A stretch of DNA of 64,000 bases from a virus (lineage: Duplodnaviria; Caudoviricetes). The stretch lies in IMG/VR virus record IMGVR_UViG_3300021960_000017; one strand, written 5' to 3'. Shown here in pieces: positions 1-9,987 of this stretch. Position 1 is the stretch's first letter. Each line of letters begins with the position of its first letter. Position numbers and translations under genes: made by a program. The notes beneath the pieces were generated by a model. The model was not told the origin of the DNA, did no database searches, and saw only the letters and a program-made list of their open reading frames with translations.

Positions 1-1
1 T

Positions 2-529
2 GTGCGTAACACTGTAAACATGATTGGTAGTTACAACGTTGGCATGGTGTGTACCAACCACACATACGCTTCACAAGACATGTTTGATCCGGATGACAAG
101 ATCTCTGGTGGACAAGGCTTTATCTATGCTTCAAGTATTGTAGTTGCAATGCGTAAGCTCAAGTTAAAGGAAGATCTGGATGGCAACAAGACAAGTGAAG
201 TAAATGGTATCCGTTCAGCGTGTAAGGTTATGAAGACACGCTATGCAAAACCTTTTGAAGGCGTGCAGGTTAAGATTCCATACGAAACAGGCATGGATCC
301 TTACAGTGGCCTAATGGATATGTTTGAAAAGCAAGGCCTACTCGTAAAGCAAGGCAACAGGCTAAAGTATACTACTGCGGCTGGTGAAGAAATCCTAGAG
401 TTCCGCAAGGGCTGGGATGGAGAAAAGTTAGAAGTTATCATGCATGACATTTCCAATGGATTGGTAAATAAGTCCATGGAAGTTGAACCTATAGAAAATA
501 CAACTGAACTCGTGGAGGAAGAAATATAA
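2..529 (+). CDS. uvsX: RecA-like recombinase UvsX, C-terminal part (5' end outside window)
   Basis: NHTY...GGQGFIYASSIVV and KTRYAKPF...KIPYETGMDPYSGL match the RecA/T4 UvsX C-terminal half; uvsY lies nearby. Confidence 0.92.
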   Translation: MRNTVNMIGSYNVGMVCTNHTYASQDMFDPDDKISGGQGFIYASSIVVAMRKLKLKEDLDGNKTSEVNGIRSACKVMKTRYAKPFEGVQVKIPYETGMDPYSGLMDMFEKQGLLVKQGNRLKYTTAAGEEILEFRKGWDGEKLEVIMHDISNGLVNKSMEVEPIENTTELVEEEI

Positions 530-747
530 TGGAAGATGAACTCTTAATTGAAACGTGGATAATTTTAAGAGAGTACATCAAAGACAAACAGAATGCAGCC
601 GACCATTGGATAGGGGAGCTTATAGATTTAGGAGTTAGCGACGAAACTCTAGAAGCCATGGCTGCAGAAGACAAATTTCTAGCAAAAGCAGTTGAATATA
701 ACGATAACGACCAAGATACCGACGATTATGATGATGAGGATTATTAG
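529..747 (+). CDS. small acidic hypothetical protein
   Basis: 72-aa ORF translationally coupled to uvsX (TAATG), with a D/E-rich tail. Confidence 0.7.
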   Translation: MEDELLIETWIILREYIKDKQNAADHWIGELIDLGVSDETLEAMAAEDKFLAKAVEYNDNDQDTDDYDDEDY

Positions 748-758
748 TAAGTAAGTAT

Positions 759-1376
759 ATGAAAAATCCCTCAGAGCGCACGTGGCAAATTATTGGTGCA
801 ATTTTTTCAGACAACAGCCATGTTGATATAACAGTAAAATTTAATACTAGTCAGTTTAACTTTAACGTTGTAACAGACTTTTCATTTGAAGACTATAATG
901 TTAGATGGAACGAGCTCATGGGGGATATTTCAATTAATAGAAAAGTTCTGGCTGAGTTTAATATGCCCTATAGTATGCATGGCAATATACCATTAGAGAT
1001 ATGTCTAAATACACCAGGAAAATTAATATATTCTAATATTAAGTGTAATTATACAGTTGCTTCTGTTGATACCTACACTGATCCTAAAATAACCTTTGGA
1101 AGCTCTTGCGGGATATATGTTTCTGAAAAAAGATTTTGTACTGAATCTGATAAATACAGTGAAAACAGAATTAATGTATTTGTAGATGGATATCCAATAG
1201 AAGCTAGGGATAGGGGTTGGGAATACCATATCACAAATTTAGGTAGCCCTGGGCACCTTTCATGTAATATAAAAGTAGATAAAACATATATAACAAGATA
1301 TAGTTTGCCAGCCGTAGTAGAAAGACAATTTGACGAGTCTTATGTACACTCCTACCTAATGAGAAAAAATACATAA
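759..1376 (+). CDS. hypothetical protein
   Basis: 205-aa ORF filling the gap; TAAGTA 5 nt upstream of the ATG. Confidence 0.65.
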   Translation: MKNPSERTWQIIGAIFSDNSHVDITVKFNTSQFNFNVVTDFSFEDYNVRWNELMGDISINRKVLAEFNMPYSMHGNIPLEICLNTPGKLIYSNIKCNYTVASVDTYTDPKITFGSSCGIYVSEKRFCTESDKYSENRINVFVDGYPIEARDRGWEYHITNLGSPGHLSCNIKVDKTYITRYSLPAVVERQFDESYVHSYLMRKNT

Positions 1377-1379
1377 ATA
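1374..1379 (+). promoter_or_regulatory. T4-type late promoter (TAAATA) for the dctP-like gene
   Basis: TAAATA motif recurring upstream of many structural/late genes; AGGAG RBS follows. Confidence 0.6.
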
Positions 1380-1410
1380 CATTATATTAATATACAGGAG
1401 TCTCCATACT

Positions 1411-2355
1411 ATGACAACTCAAAAAATAGTAAAATGGGTAATTGCACACGAACCTATTCATTTGTTTCTAAGAACTGCTGAAGCATTTGCAGCAGAAATC
1501 GAAGAAACTACAAAAGGTGCATTAAAAATTGAAGTATTAACTGTACCAGAATATGTAGAAAAATACAATGATGAAGCAGTGCGTGATGCTGGCGGAACTT
1601 ATGAGTCAATTTTTGATGCATTAGATGATAATCGCATATCAATGAGCCAAACAGTAGTTTCAGCATTTGGCAAAATTAACAAAGATTTTTATGCTTTAGA
1701 TTTGCCATTCTTATTCCGTGATCATGATCATGTAAGCTCAGTTGTTGATGGGCCGATTGGTAAAATACTATGTGATAGTTTAGCAGAACGTTCAGGATTA
1801 CGTGGTCTCGCATTTACATACAGTGGCGGGTATCGTGTTATCGGTTCAAATAAGCCAATTGTTTCATTAAATGATTTACAGGATTCAACTGTGCGTGTAA
1901 ATGGTAATCCAGTAAACTTTATGACAATGCAAAACATTGGCGCACAGCCTAAAACTCATAATGAATTAGGCTATGGCTATGATGAAATTGAACAGGGTTC
2001 TCTTGATGCAGCAGAAACAACTTATTTGCGTTTCAAAGGTACTCATGTGCTTAAAACTCAGCATAGTATGTTTATGACTACTATTGCAGTCAGTAAAAAG
2101 TTTTGGAACGAACTTGATGAAACAACTCAAGAGCTATTTAAAGTTGCGGCTGCTAATGCAGCAGCAATAGAACGTAAATGGTCTATTGAAGATTGTGAAA
2201 AGTTTGAACAAGATTGTGATAAAAATGGTATTACAATCTCCAGCATGACAGATGTAGATAGAACAAATCTTAAAGCTCTAACACAGTCAGTATATGATGT
2301 TGTTGATGAATTCTTCACACCCGGATTTGTTGCCAACATTCGTAATACACACTAA
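1411..2355 (+). CDS. dctP: TRAP transporter substrate-binding protein (DctP family), no signal peptide
   Basis: FAAEIEETTKGALKIEV, DLPFLFRDHDH, GLRGLAF, DLQDSTVRV (conserved carboxylate-binding Arg), GSLDAAE, ISMSQ; N-terminus lacks a hydrophobic leader. Confidence 0.88.
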   Translation: MTTQKIVKWVIAHEPIHLFLRTAEAFAAEIEETTKGALKIEVLTVPEYVEKYNDEAVRDAGGTYESIFDALDDNRISMSQTVVSAFGKINKDFYALDLPFLFRDHDHVSSVVDGPIGKILCDSLAERSGLRGLAFTYSGGYRVIGSNKPIVSLNDLQDSTVRVNGNPVNFMTMQNIGAQPKTHNELGYGYDEIEQGSLDAAETTYLRFKGTHVLKTQHSMFMTTIAVSKKFWNELDETTQELFKVAAANAAAIERKWSIEDCEKFEQDCDKNGITISSMTDVDRTNLKALTQSVYDVVDEFFTPGFVANIRNTH

Positions 2356-2380
2356 ATTAATAATAAACAAGTATGGACTT

Positions 2381-2418
2381 AAATACCAGGAAGTTAGAAA
2401 TTAACTTCCTGGTATTTT
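2381..2418 (+). terminator. intrinsic terminator, perfect 16-bp stem
   Basis: AAATACCAGGAAGTTA-gaaat-TAACTTCCTGGTATTT followed by T. Confidence 0.85.
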
Positions 2419-2437
2419 GCTGACTACAATTTCGCAC

Positions 2438-2465
2438 TTGACAAATTTGCAAAATACTATATAAT
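2438..2465 (+). promoter_or_regulatory. sigma70-type promoter for uvsY
   Basis: TTGACA-N16-TATAAT. Confidence 0.7.
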
Positions 2466-2472
2466 AATAATT

Positions 2473-2931
2473 ATGATAAACTGGTATACAAAAGTTACAG
2501 ACAATCTGGCCAACATACCAGATTTCATAACTTACTACGAAGCAGAGCTAGAATTAGCTAGGCGTGAAGTAGGCATACACGGCTTAGTAGAAAAGAGTAT
2601 AAAAGAACTTCCTGCAATTACTGAAATTAGATTCAATCAGTTGCAGGAAGTTGAAGCCGTTCTTAATTTTTTAAACATACAATTACGCAAAATTAGACGT
2701 AAACATTTTGTAAAGTATCTGGAAAACTATCCACGAGCACTTACTAGCAGAGATGCAGAAAAGTATGTGGATGGTGAAGATGAAGTGGTAGACTTCGAAT
2801 CACTTATTAATGAAGTTGCCTTATTACGCAACAAGTGGTTGGGCATAATGAAAGGATTGGATTCCAAGCAGTGGATGAGCGGACACATAGTTAGGTTACG
2901 CACTGCTGGTATGGAAGACGTCCAGGTATAA
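2473..2931 (+). CDS. uvsY: recombination mediator UvsY
   Basis: Helical protein with YLENYPRALTSRDAEKYVDGE...KGLDSKQW, typical of UvsY; near uvsX. Confidence 0.85.
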   Translation: MINWYTKVTDNLANIPDFITYYEAELELARREVGIHGLVEKSIKELPAITEIRFNQLQEVEAVLNFLNIQLRKIRRKHFVKYLENYPRALTSRDAEKYVDGEDEVVDFESLINEVALLRNKWLGIMKGLDSKQWMSGHIVRLRTAGMEDVQV

Positions 2932-3251
2932 TGGATAAGCATCAACGCATAATGGACTTGCTTGAACAAGTAGAACGGTTCTTAGAAGATTTCGAACAAG
3001 AAAAACATACAATGCTTAGAGCAATGCGTAACAAAGAAACATCTAAAGAGACCTGGGCCAAATATAGAGATTGCCAAAAGTTCTATTCTAACGCTAAACG
3101 AGAGTTAAATAGTGCACATAATGAATGTTTAGATGCTGTTAAAAGACCAACAGACGGTAAAATTCGTAGCATAGAAAATCATTTGAGAATGTTTAATGAA
3201 ACCTGGCAGTATGCTAGACAGTACAGTATGATAGGTGTATTATATAAATGA
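2931..3251 (+). CDS. hypothetical protein
   Basis: 106-aa ORF coupled to its neighbours. Confidence 0.7.
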   Translation: MDKHQRIMDLLEQVERFLEDFEQEKHTMLRAMRNKETSKETWAKYRDCQKFYSNAKRELNSAHNECLDAVKRPTDGKIRSIENHLRMFNETWQYARQYSMIGVLYK

Positions 3252-4012
3252 TATTTACTAGTGAGCAAGAAAGTCACGAGCATAGTTTAGAAACGCTAGA
3301 AAAGTTAAATGAACATTATGAGTTCAAAACTAGTGTAAGTAGTGTGTTAGATATAGGCTGCGGTAAAGAATTATTAGACCTAAAGTACTGGGCTAATATG
3401 ACTGATGAGTTTGATGAGGAAAATCCAGGACGTCGCCTCAATATAGACTGTGTTGGACTTAACAAAATTGATGTAGTACAGCCTGTAGAGAAAAACATAA
3501 CAACAGTTAAACATGACTTTAATACTGAACAAGGCATGGGAGAGTTTGAAAAGAAGTTTGACGTAGTTTGGTGCCATGATGTCATGCAGTACAGTTGGAG
3601 TCCATTGTGGTTTTTAAATAATGTTAATAAGGTTACAGCAGACGGCGGCATGCTTTATTTGTGTGTGCCAACTACAATAAATGTACTATACCATCAGTTT
3701 ACAAACTATACACTGCCGCTTAGTTTTAATACATTTACTACTACTCAACTATTATACCTGCTAGCACTTAACGGGTTTGATACTAAAAGTTTCTATATGA
3801 AGAAAGAAGCATATGTAGACAGGATAGAGGTTATGACTTATAAAGTCAGTGAACCACTTGACTATAATACAACTTGGTATCATTTAGTGGAAAAAGATTT
3901 ACTAACAACAAACATGTCAGAAATTATATATGAAAAAGGTTACTTGTCCAATCAGGGCCTAGTCACAACCTGGATGGATGGTCAAGTTTACGATTATAGA
4001 TACGAGCGTTAG
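3248..4012 (+). CDS. class I SAM-dependent methyltransferase
   Basis: VLDIGCG motif I, FDVVWCHDV motif, GGMLYL. Confidence 0.85.
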   Translation: MIFTSEQESHEHSLETLEKLNEHYEFKTSVSSVLDIGCGKELLDLKYWANMTDEFDEENPGRRLNIDCVGLNKIDVVQPVEKNITTVKHDFNTEQGMGEFEKKFDVVWCHDVMQYSWSPLWFLNNVNKVTADGGMLYLCVPTTINVLYHQFTNYTLPLSFNTFTTTQLLYLLALNGFDTKSFYMKKEAYVDRIEVMTYKVSEPLDYNTTWYHLVEKDLLTTNMSEIIYEKGYLSNQGLVTTWMDGQVYDYRYER

Positions 4013-4866
4013 AGCTTAGTCCTTAAACGCTGCCATTGTGTGCCTATTTCATCAGCACGCCATTCAATGTTACACATCTTGATTAGCCATTCACTACGAG
4101 CAAAGCAACGCACTTCTTGCATAGTACTACTCATATCCCAGGCTAAACTGTGTTCACTTACTATGCTAGGAATACCTTTTATAATACTGTTTACGCCGGC
4201 GTTACTACTAAAACTTACAGTTAAAAAAGTTTCTTTAAGTTGGTCTTCTAAGTCAAAACTGTCGTAAGTTTTCTGTACAGGCTTTGCAATATTCCATTCA
4301 CAGTTTTGCTCTTTATACCAACCAGGATCACTTATACTAAAATGTAAGTTTTCTCTAAAACGAGGATGTGCTCTTAGTACAATAGGATTATCATACTGTT
4401 TGCGTATTTCAGTTACAGTGTTGCGGAAGTAGGTGTCCATGTCTGGCATGCCTTCCCACTGTAAACTATGAGCATGCTGACCACATATTAATATGTAAGG
4501 CTTCTGTGCACAGTTCCAGGGCTCCTTTACGACACCTAATTGTTTGACCCTATCAGGATTTATGCCCACGTCCAGTGCAAAATCAGCATCTCGATTTATT
4601 CCATTAATACCTAGTTTCCAAGTTTCGTTGCGTATAAGGCCGCCAACTTCTATAACAACTACTGGCTTGCCCTGTGCACGATAATGATCCCATACTCGCT
4701 TATTACCACTCATCTTGCCAAACCAAAGTACACTCCATATAAGTGCAGCATCAGCATCCATGTTCCCCTCAACTAATTCATCTGTGCTTTTTATTGCATC
4801 AATTAGTTGGGGATAAACCATATTTTGGTTTGTTGGTAAGTTATTTGGGAAGTGTGATATCTTCAT
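4009..4866 (-). CDS. GT-B fold, KpsS/capsule-biosynthesis-like protein
   Basis: ILICGQ, IVLRAHPR, SFSSNAGVNSIIKGIP; start placed at MKISHF. Confidence 0.65.
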   Translation of the reverse strand: MKISHFPNNLPTNQNMVYPQLIDAIKSTDELVEGNMDADAALIWSVLWFGKMSGNKRVWDHYRAQGKPVVVIEVGGLIRNETWKLGINGINRDADFALDVGINPDRVKQLGVVKEPWNCAQKPYILICGQHAHSLQWEGMPDMDTYFRNTVTEIRKQYDNPIVLRAHPRFRENLHFSISDPGWYKEQNCEWNIAKPVQKTYDSFDLEDQLKETFLTVSFSSNAGVNSIIKGIPSIVSEHSLAWDMSSTMQEVRCFARSEWLIKMCNIEWRADEIGTQWQRLRTKL

Positions 4867-4879
4867 GGTAAATAGTAAT

Positions 4880-5770
4880 ATGCGTACATTATCAGTATTT
4901 ACCACGTGGCATCCTACAGGCTATAAAAAGTACGGTAACCACTTTATACAGGGCTTCCTACAAAACTGGCCTAGTGAAGTAAAGTTAACAATTTATGCAG
5001 AGGACCACGAGCCAAACACATACAATGCTGACAACATAGAAGTTTTGGATCAACGCTCTACACTGCCAGACCTTAAAGCCTGGCAAGAACGTCATAAAGA
5101 TAATCCACATGCTCACGGTTGGAATGCTGACAAGTCAAAGAAAAGTTTTCTATGGGATGCAAGTAGATTTGCAAACAAGGTGTTTGCACTCTGGCACTTT
5201 GCTAAACACACCGATGCAGACATTATGATCTGGTGTGATGGTGATGTGCGTACACATACTCCAATGCCTATGGAATTTTTACAAGAGATCGCTCCCAGTG
5301 AACAACAACTTACTACACACCTAGGACGCAAAACCTGGCCAGAATGTGGTTGGATGATGTTTAATAGACGCCACCCACAGTTTGAAGAGTTTATGAGTCA
5401 GTGGCGTTGGATATACGAAAGCGACGATATTTTTAATCATGAAGAGAGTCATGATAGTTTTATATTTGGAGAAATGGTACAGGACTTTGCAGATGCAGGG
5501 CATCGTGACCTAGGCGGTCCAAGTATGGGCGGTCATGTTTTTATTAACAGTGTACTAGGCAAGTATATGGATCATCTAAAAGGCTTCCGCAAGGAAGTGG
5601 GCAAAAGTTTAGTGGGTGATGTATATGCTAGGCAGTATGATCATTTTGCTACAGGCGAATGGTGGCAGGATCTCAGGCATGTTACTAAAGCAGACATCCG
5701 TAAGGAAAAATTAAAAAACCCGCACGAATACGATGCAGAACAACAAGTCAAATCGAAAGGTCTAAAATAA
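4880..5770 (+). CDS. GT-A fold glycosyltransferase
   Basis: FANKVFAL, IWCDGD (DxD-like), ECGWMMFN, HDSFIF, YMDHLKG; start placed at MRTLSV, 5 nt after TAAATA. Confidence 0.75.
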   Translation: MRTLSVFTTWHPTGYKKYGNHFIQGFLQNWPSEVKLTIYAEDHEPNTYNADNIEVLDQRSTLPDLKAWQERHKDNPHAHGWNADKSKKSFLWDASRFANKVFALWHFAKHTDADIMIWCDGDVRTHTPMPMEFLQEIAPSEQQLTTHLGRKTWPECGWMMFNRRHPQFEEFMSQWRWIYESDDIFNHEESHDSFIFGEMVQDFADAGHRDLGGPSMGGHVFINSVLGKYMDHLKGFRKEVGKSLVGDVYARQYDHFATGEWWQDLRHVTKADIRKEKLKNPHEYDAEQQVKSKGLK

Positions 5771-6573
5771 TGGGATGGAATCCGTTCAAAAAGTCAAGTT
5801 GGCAAAAAGTAGGCAATGATATTGCCAAAGGAACATCAACAGTAACAAACACTGTGGGAAAAACTGCAACAGATGTAGCAAATACAGTAGCAGATGGTAC
5901 AGTTGATGCCGCTAACACAGTAGCAAAAACAGCAACTGATGCATACAATGCAACCGCCCAAGCAACCACAGATGCTATTAACACAATTAACAGTCAAGTA
6001 CTTCGCCCAGCAACGCAAAGCACAGTAGACAGTTGGAACAAAGCAGCACAAGGTGCACAAATTGGCTGTGATGAATTTACAGCAGGTTGTGTTACAGCAG
6101 GAAAAGCATTTGAAGCAGGTGCTGAAGCTGTAGGCAAAGATCTTGTAGCAATGGGTGAATACCTAGCGGAGAATATTTGTACTATTACTGTTAGTGCAGC
6201 TATCTCAGGCGCATTTGCTGCTACACTAAACAACCCTGCGACCGAAGAAGAAACAACAGCAATGTTTGCTCCATTGTGTGCTGAAACAGCAGCCGCAGCA
6301 GCAGCAGGTGCAGTTGATCAAGCAGTAATTGCCACAGAATGTCATGCAGTTTGTGCTTACTTTGTTGAAATACTTTGGGCTATTCCGGATGTAAGAGAAG
6401 GTGTAGGCGGAGAAAAGGACGCACTTATTGGCGCTCTTGCTACACTCTTAGGACTAGCAATTAGTGAAGCACCCTGGGCGTATGTAAGTCCACAAACAGC
6501 AAGTTTAGTTGTAGCCGGCCTTGTTGGCTATGTTACAGCAAGTCTATGTTGCACAGGTAAATTGCCAGCATGA
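5770..6573 (+). CDS. Ala/Thr-rich protein with 11-mer repeats and a Cys-containing hydrophobic C-terminus
   Basis: KTATDVANTVA-type repeats; two C-terminal hydrophobic segments. Confidence 0.75.
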   Translation: MGWNPFKKSSWQKVGNDIAKGTSTVTNTVGKTATDVANTVADGTVDAANTVAKTATDAYNATAQATTDAINTINSQVLRPATQSTVDSWNKAAQGAQIGCDEFTAGCVTAGKAFEAGAEAVGKDLVAMGEYLAENICTITVSAAISGAFAATLNNPATEEETTAMFAPLCAETAAAAAAGAVDQAVIATECHAVCAYFVEILWAIPDVREGVGGEKDALIGALATLLGLAISEAPWAYVSPQTASLVVAGLVGYVTASLCCTGKLPA

Positions 6574-7343
6574 ACGGTGTTCTCAGTGTACTGCAAAATG
6601 TAAAGACAGTGTTTGCTCATCCTTATCCGCATGTTTGCGTAGAGGATGCGCTGCCTGATCACATTTATGCAGAACTTGAGGAAACTTTTCCTGAAGAACT
6701 AGTTACAAGTACACCTGCACATGATGGTGGCATCACTTACAGATACAAGAGTAATCCAGCACTAGTAGAAGGCAAAATACCAGCCATATGGCAAGAGTTT
6801 TTTGAATATCATACCAGTGCTGATTACTTTGGGGAATGTATCAGTTTATTTGAGCCACACCTTGAAAGGCTATATCCTGAACTGCTAACAGAACTATATG
6901 CTAAACCTGTGACAGTTAGGGATGTAGACAATAGTGGCCACTTTGTAACAGACTGTCAGTTTGTAGTACATGAGCCAGTAGACGAGACCGGCACAAGCAG
7001 AACACCTCATGTTGACAACCCAGTAGAAATTTATGCTGGGCTCTTGTATATGCGTAAGCCTGGTGACGAAAGTGTGGGCGGTAATTTTACTATACATGAA
7101 GTTACAGGTGAGATAACTGAAGTAAACAAAACACTGGGCAGACAAGTGGACAACAGTTTACATCATGCAGTAAAGCAAGTGCCCTATAAGCGCAATACCT
7201 TTTGCATGTTCCTTAATGTAAAGAACAGTGTACATAGTGTTACACCAAGAATCAATCCACAACATACTCGTAGAAGTATTAATATTATTGGCGAGTTCAA
7301 TGGTACAGGTCGTATGTGGAAAGTTAAAGAAATTAAAAACTAA
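6570..7343 (+). CDS. 2OG-Fe(II) oxygenase
   Basis: HVD...GLLYM...HSV...RRS (HxD..H..R facial triad). Confidence 0.85.
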   Translation: MNGVLSVLQNVKTVFAHPYPHVCVEDALPDHIYAELEETFPEELVTSTPAHDGGITYRYKSNPALVEGKIPAIWQEFFEYHTSADYFGECISLFEPHLERLYPELLTELYAKPVTVRDVDNSGHFVTDCQFVVHEPVDETGTSRTPHVDNPVEIYAGLLYMRKPGDESVGGNFTIHEVTGEITEVNKTLGRQVDNSLHHAVKQVPYKRNTFCMFLNVKNSVHSVTPRINPQHTRRSINIIGEFNGTGRMWKVKEIKN

Positions 7344-8575
7344 TGCAGTATACTATGGGCAAAGCTAGCTGGTGTTTTATGACAGGAGAGCATGTTGTAA
7401 AAAGTTACAGTACTAGAAATAAAAAAAGTGTTAAGCCTGCCCGCGGTAGCATATATGATTGTTGGTTACGAGAAACAACTTGTTTGCAAAGACTACAAGG
7501 AAAACTACATTTTCCTAACATGATAGGTGCAGACAAAACTGATCATAGTTTAGCAATGACATTAGTTGGCGAAAGTTTATTTCACACATGGCATGAACAC
7601 AATTTAACCAAGTATCATGATCAAATTGATTGTATTGCAAATGAACTAGAACATGCTAACATAATGTATTTCTATCCAGGAATGGATCCAGCAAGTAAAT
7701 CAAAAGACTTCGCAAAGTTTCCGCTAAGTAACTTTTGTATACAGGATGGCGAAATAAGTTTAATAGACTTTGAGATGTCGTGTCCAATAAACAGTCTAGC
7801 ACACGAAAGATTAAGTGATAGGTTAGGATATCTATACAGTTTTTACAACAAGGATGAGTTTAGACAAGCACTACACATTTGTCTAGATGATCCAAGACAA
7901 AGTTGGGAAAGTGAGCTAATGGCTAAACTATCTGACAAGTCTAAGTTTGATGAGTTACGCAAAGGTAATCCAAGAGAAATATGGGATAATATGACAATGT
8001 TTACACAACCACCAGAAAAAGTAGTCAAAGAATGGAACAAATATCAAAAGCGTTATGGCATTGCTGATGCAGAAGATAGAGTCCAACGTATGAAACTTGT
8101 TGAACTAGCACAACAATGGAACGGAAATGCACAATTGATTGATATTGGATGCAATGATGGATTCATTACCAAACTTATGGCACCACATGTAGCAAAAGCA
8201 ACAGGCGTAGAACCTTTTGTAAAGTTACGTGATGATAAAAAGCCAGCCAATGTAAAATGGTACACAGGCACATTCAATGACTATATGAAGTTCAAAGCAA
8301 CTGACTACTATGATATTGTATTAAGTTTAGCAGTGAGTATTCAATTGCGTGACTTTGGCGGATTAACAGAACAAGAGATAGTTGATGCTTATTACGACTT
8401 GTTAGCGCCTGGTGGTGTTGTTGTACACGAGACACAAAAACTTGAAAACCGCCCAAACAATATAGATCACACAAACAAGATGCTAGCAGCATTTAAAACA
8501 AAGTTTACACAGGAAGCACATGGACAGGCTCGTCCAAGTGGACAGCGAGAATACTATCACTTTAGGAAAGTATAA
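7343..8575 (+). CDS. kinase-like + SAM methyltransferase fusion
   Basis: N-terminal RE...L, SNFCI..ISLIDFE (kinase-like fold); C-terminal IDIGCNDG, YDIVLSLAV, LAPGGVVV. Confidence 0.75.
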   Translation: MQYTMGKASWCFMTGEHVVKSYSTRNKKSVKPARGSIYDCWLRETTCLQRLQGKLHFPNMIGADKTDHSLAMTLVGESLFHTWHEHNLTKYHDQIDCIANELEHANIMYFYPGMDPASKSKDFAKFPLSNFCIQDGEISLIDFEMSCPINSLAHERLSDRLGYLYSFYNKDEFRQALHICLDDPRQSWESELMAKLSDKSKFDELRKGNPREIWDNMTMFTQPPEKVVKEWNKYQKRYGIADAEDRVQRMKLVELAQQWNGNAQLIDIGCNDGFITKLMAPHVAKATGVEPFVKLRDDKKPANVKWYTGTFNDYMKFKATDYYDIVLSLAVSIQLRDFGGLTEQEIVDAYYDLLAPGGVVVHETQKLENRPNNIDHTNKMLAAFKTKFTQEAHGQARPSGQREYYHFRKV

Positions 8576-9378
8576 TGGCATTCAACAATATTATGCAGTT
8601 AGCCTGTGCTGAGATAAGCAAAACAACATCAGGCACTGTAGTAGAGTGGGGTAACCAACGTTTCCGTTACACAGAGAGTTGGGTGCAACAGTGCAGTGAG
8701 CGGGCAGGTAAACCTATACGCAAGCCTGTAAATTATGTTTGGGAATACTTTGAAGACATTGGCTTCCCAGAGTATTTGGCTATAGACATTAACACAGAGT
8801 TGCGAAGTGTAGCCATGGACTTAAACTTTATTCTCCGGGACAAATACAATTACATTAAACAATTTGATCTAGTGACCAATAATGGTACAGGAGAGCATAT
8901 ATTTGATCAGCGTACAGTGTTTGAAAACATGCACAATCTATGCAGGGTTGGCGGAGTAATGTTATGTGTACTGCCCTTTGCTCCTTGGATTAATCATGGC
9001 TTTTATAATTATCATCCTGCTTTATTTAGAGATATAGCAGCGGCTAATGGATATGAATGGCAGTTTTTATGGTTAGCACAAAACACAGGACGCTATATAG
9101 AAATGCCCACCACAATGGATGGCTGGGCAAACTTTGAACAAAAGAAACCAAGAGCCCCTGTAAGCGATTTGGAACGAGCATATGATGAACTACATCAGCG
9201 TGATAGCCGAGCACAAAATATAAGTTTAGTAGCAGCATATAGGAAACTTAAGGATCAACCTTTCCAGATTCCTATGCAGGGTCGATATGTTAATGATGTT
9301 GTCGCTGAATTAAGATCAGAATATAGTGATGCTAACATAGACACTAGACAGGGCAATCATACTAGTGCGGCTTATTAA
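8575..9378 (+). CDS. SAM-dependent methyltransferase
   Basis: MDLN, FDLVTNNGTGEHIFDQ, GGVMLCVLP, HGFYNY. Confidence 0.8.
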   Translation: MAFNNIMQLACAEISKTTSGTVVEWGNQRFRYTESWVQQCSERAGKPIRKPVNYVWEYFEDIGFPEYLAIDINTELRSVAMDLNFILRDKYNYIKQFDLVTNNGTGEHIFDQRTVFENMHNLCRVGGVMLCVLPFAPWINHGFYNYHPALFRDIAAANGYEWQFLWLAQNTGRYIEMPTTMDGWANFEQKKPRAPVSDLERAYDELHQRDSRAQNISLVAAYRKLKDQPFQIPMQGRYVNDVVAELRSEYSDANIDTRQGNHTSAAY

Positions 9379-9381
9379 AAA

Positions 9382-9987
9382 ATGAAAATAGCAGTCTGCA
9401 TAAGTGGGGAAAATAGAGGCAGCGAACAATTAGTTCTGGAAAGTATAGGCAAATATTTGCCTTATGATCAGTTTACTCACACTTGGGCAGAAACGCCACA
9501 GCCTGATTTGCCCGATTTAGAAAGTTTTTTACGGGCATTTAATACCTATATTCTGTCTTTACCAGACGGAAATCCTAGCAAGACTTGGTTCTCCCGCAAG
9601 TTTGATGGTGGAAGAACACAACACGATCGTGTATACCAATTGTATAATCACTGGCATTGTCTAGCCAAAGTACCTGAAGAATATGACATGATTATTCGTG
9701 TAAGGCCTGATGTAGTTTTATACGAGCACGATTGGCAGGCAGATGTTCAAGCAGCATATGAGCAGGATCTACTTTACGGGTATGGCAGCGGGCAAGGTGT
9801 AGAGCAAGGACTAAAAGATAGATTTGCCAGTGACTTTGTTATTATGCATCGCAGGGAGCGTATGCGGAATCCATACGATATAGATTTATGTCCTGGGCAT
9901 GTAGGATGGTGGATATGTTTACAAAAAAACATGGAAGAAAGATTTGTAAATAACAACAGCGTAGTTAAACTAGTAAGAGAGTTATGA
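9382..9987 (+). CDS. putative glycosyltransferase (MKIAVCISG family)
   Basis: MKIAVCISG start and YDMIIRVRPDV motif. Confidence 0.65.
   Translation: MKIAVCISGENRGSEQLVLESIGKYLPYDQFTHTWAETPQPDLPDLESFLRAFNTYILSLPDGNPSKTWFSRKFDGGRTQHDRVYQLYNHWHCLAKVPEEYDMIIRVRPDVVLYEHDWQADVQAAYEQDLLYGYGSGQGVEQGLKDRFASDFVIMHRRERMRNPYDIDLCPGHVGWWICLQKNMEERFVNNNSVVKLVREL

Noticed and set aside
4865-4905. Overlapping divergent starts given by the ORF track (4905 and 4865)
   Set aside because: Downstream ATGs at 4866 (minus) and 4880 (plus) remove the overlap and fit the TAAATA spacing
5748-6233. Several antisense or alternate-frame ORFs, some Cys-rich, over the 11-mer repeat gene
   Set aside because: By-products of the ACA/GCA codon repetition; no RBS or promoter
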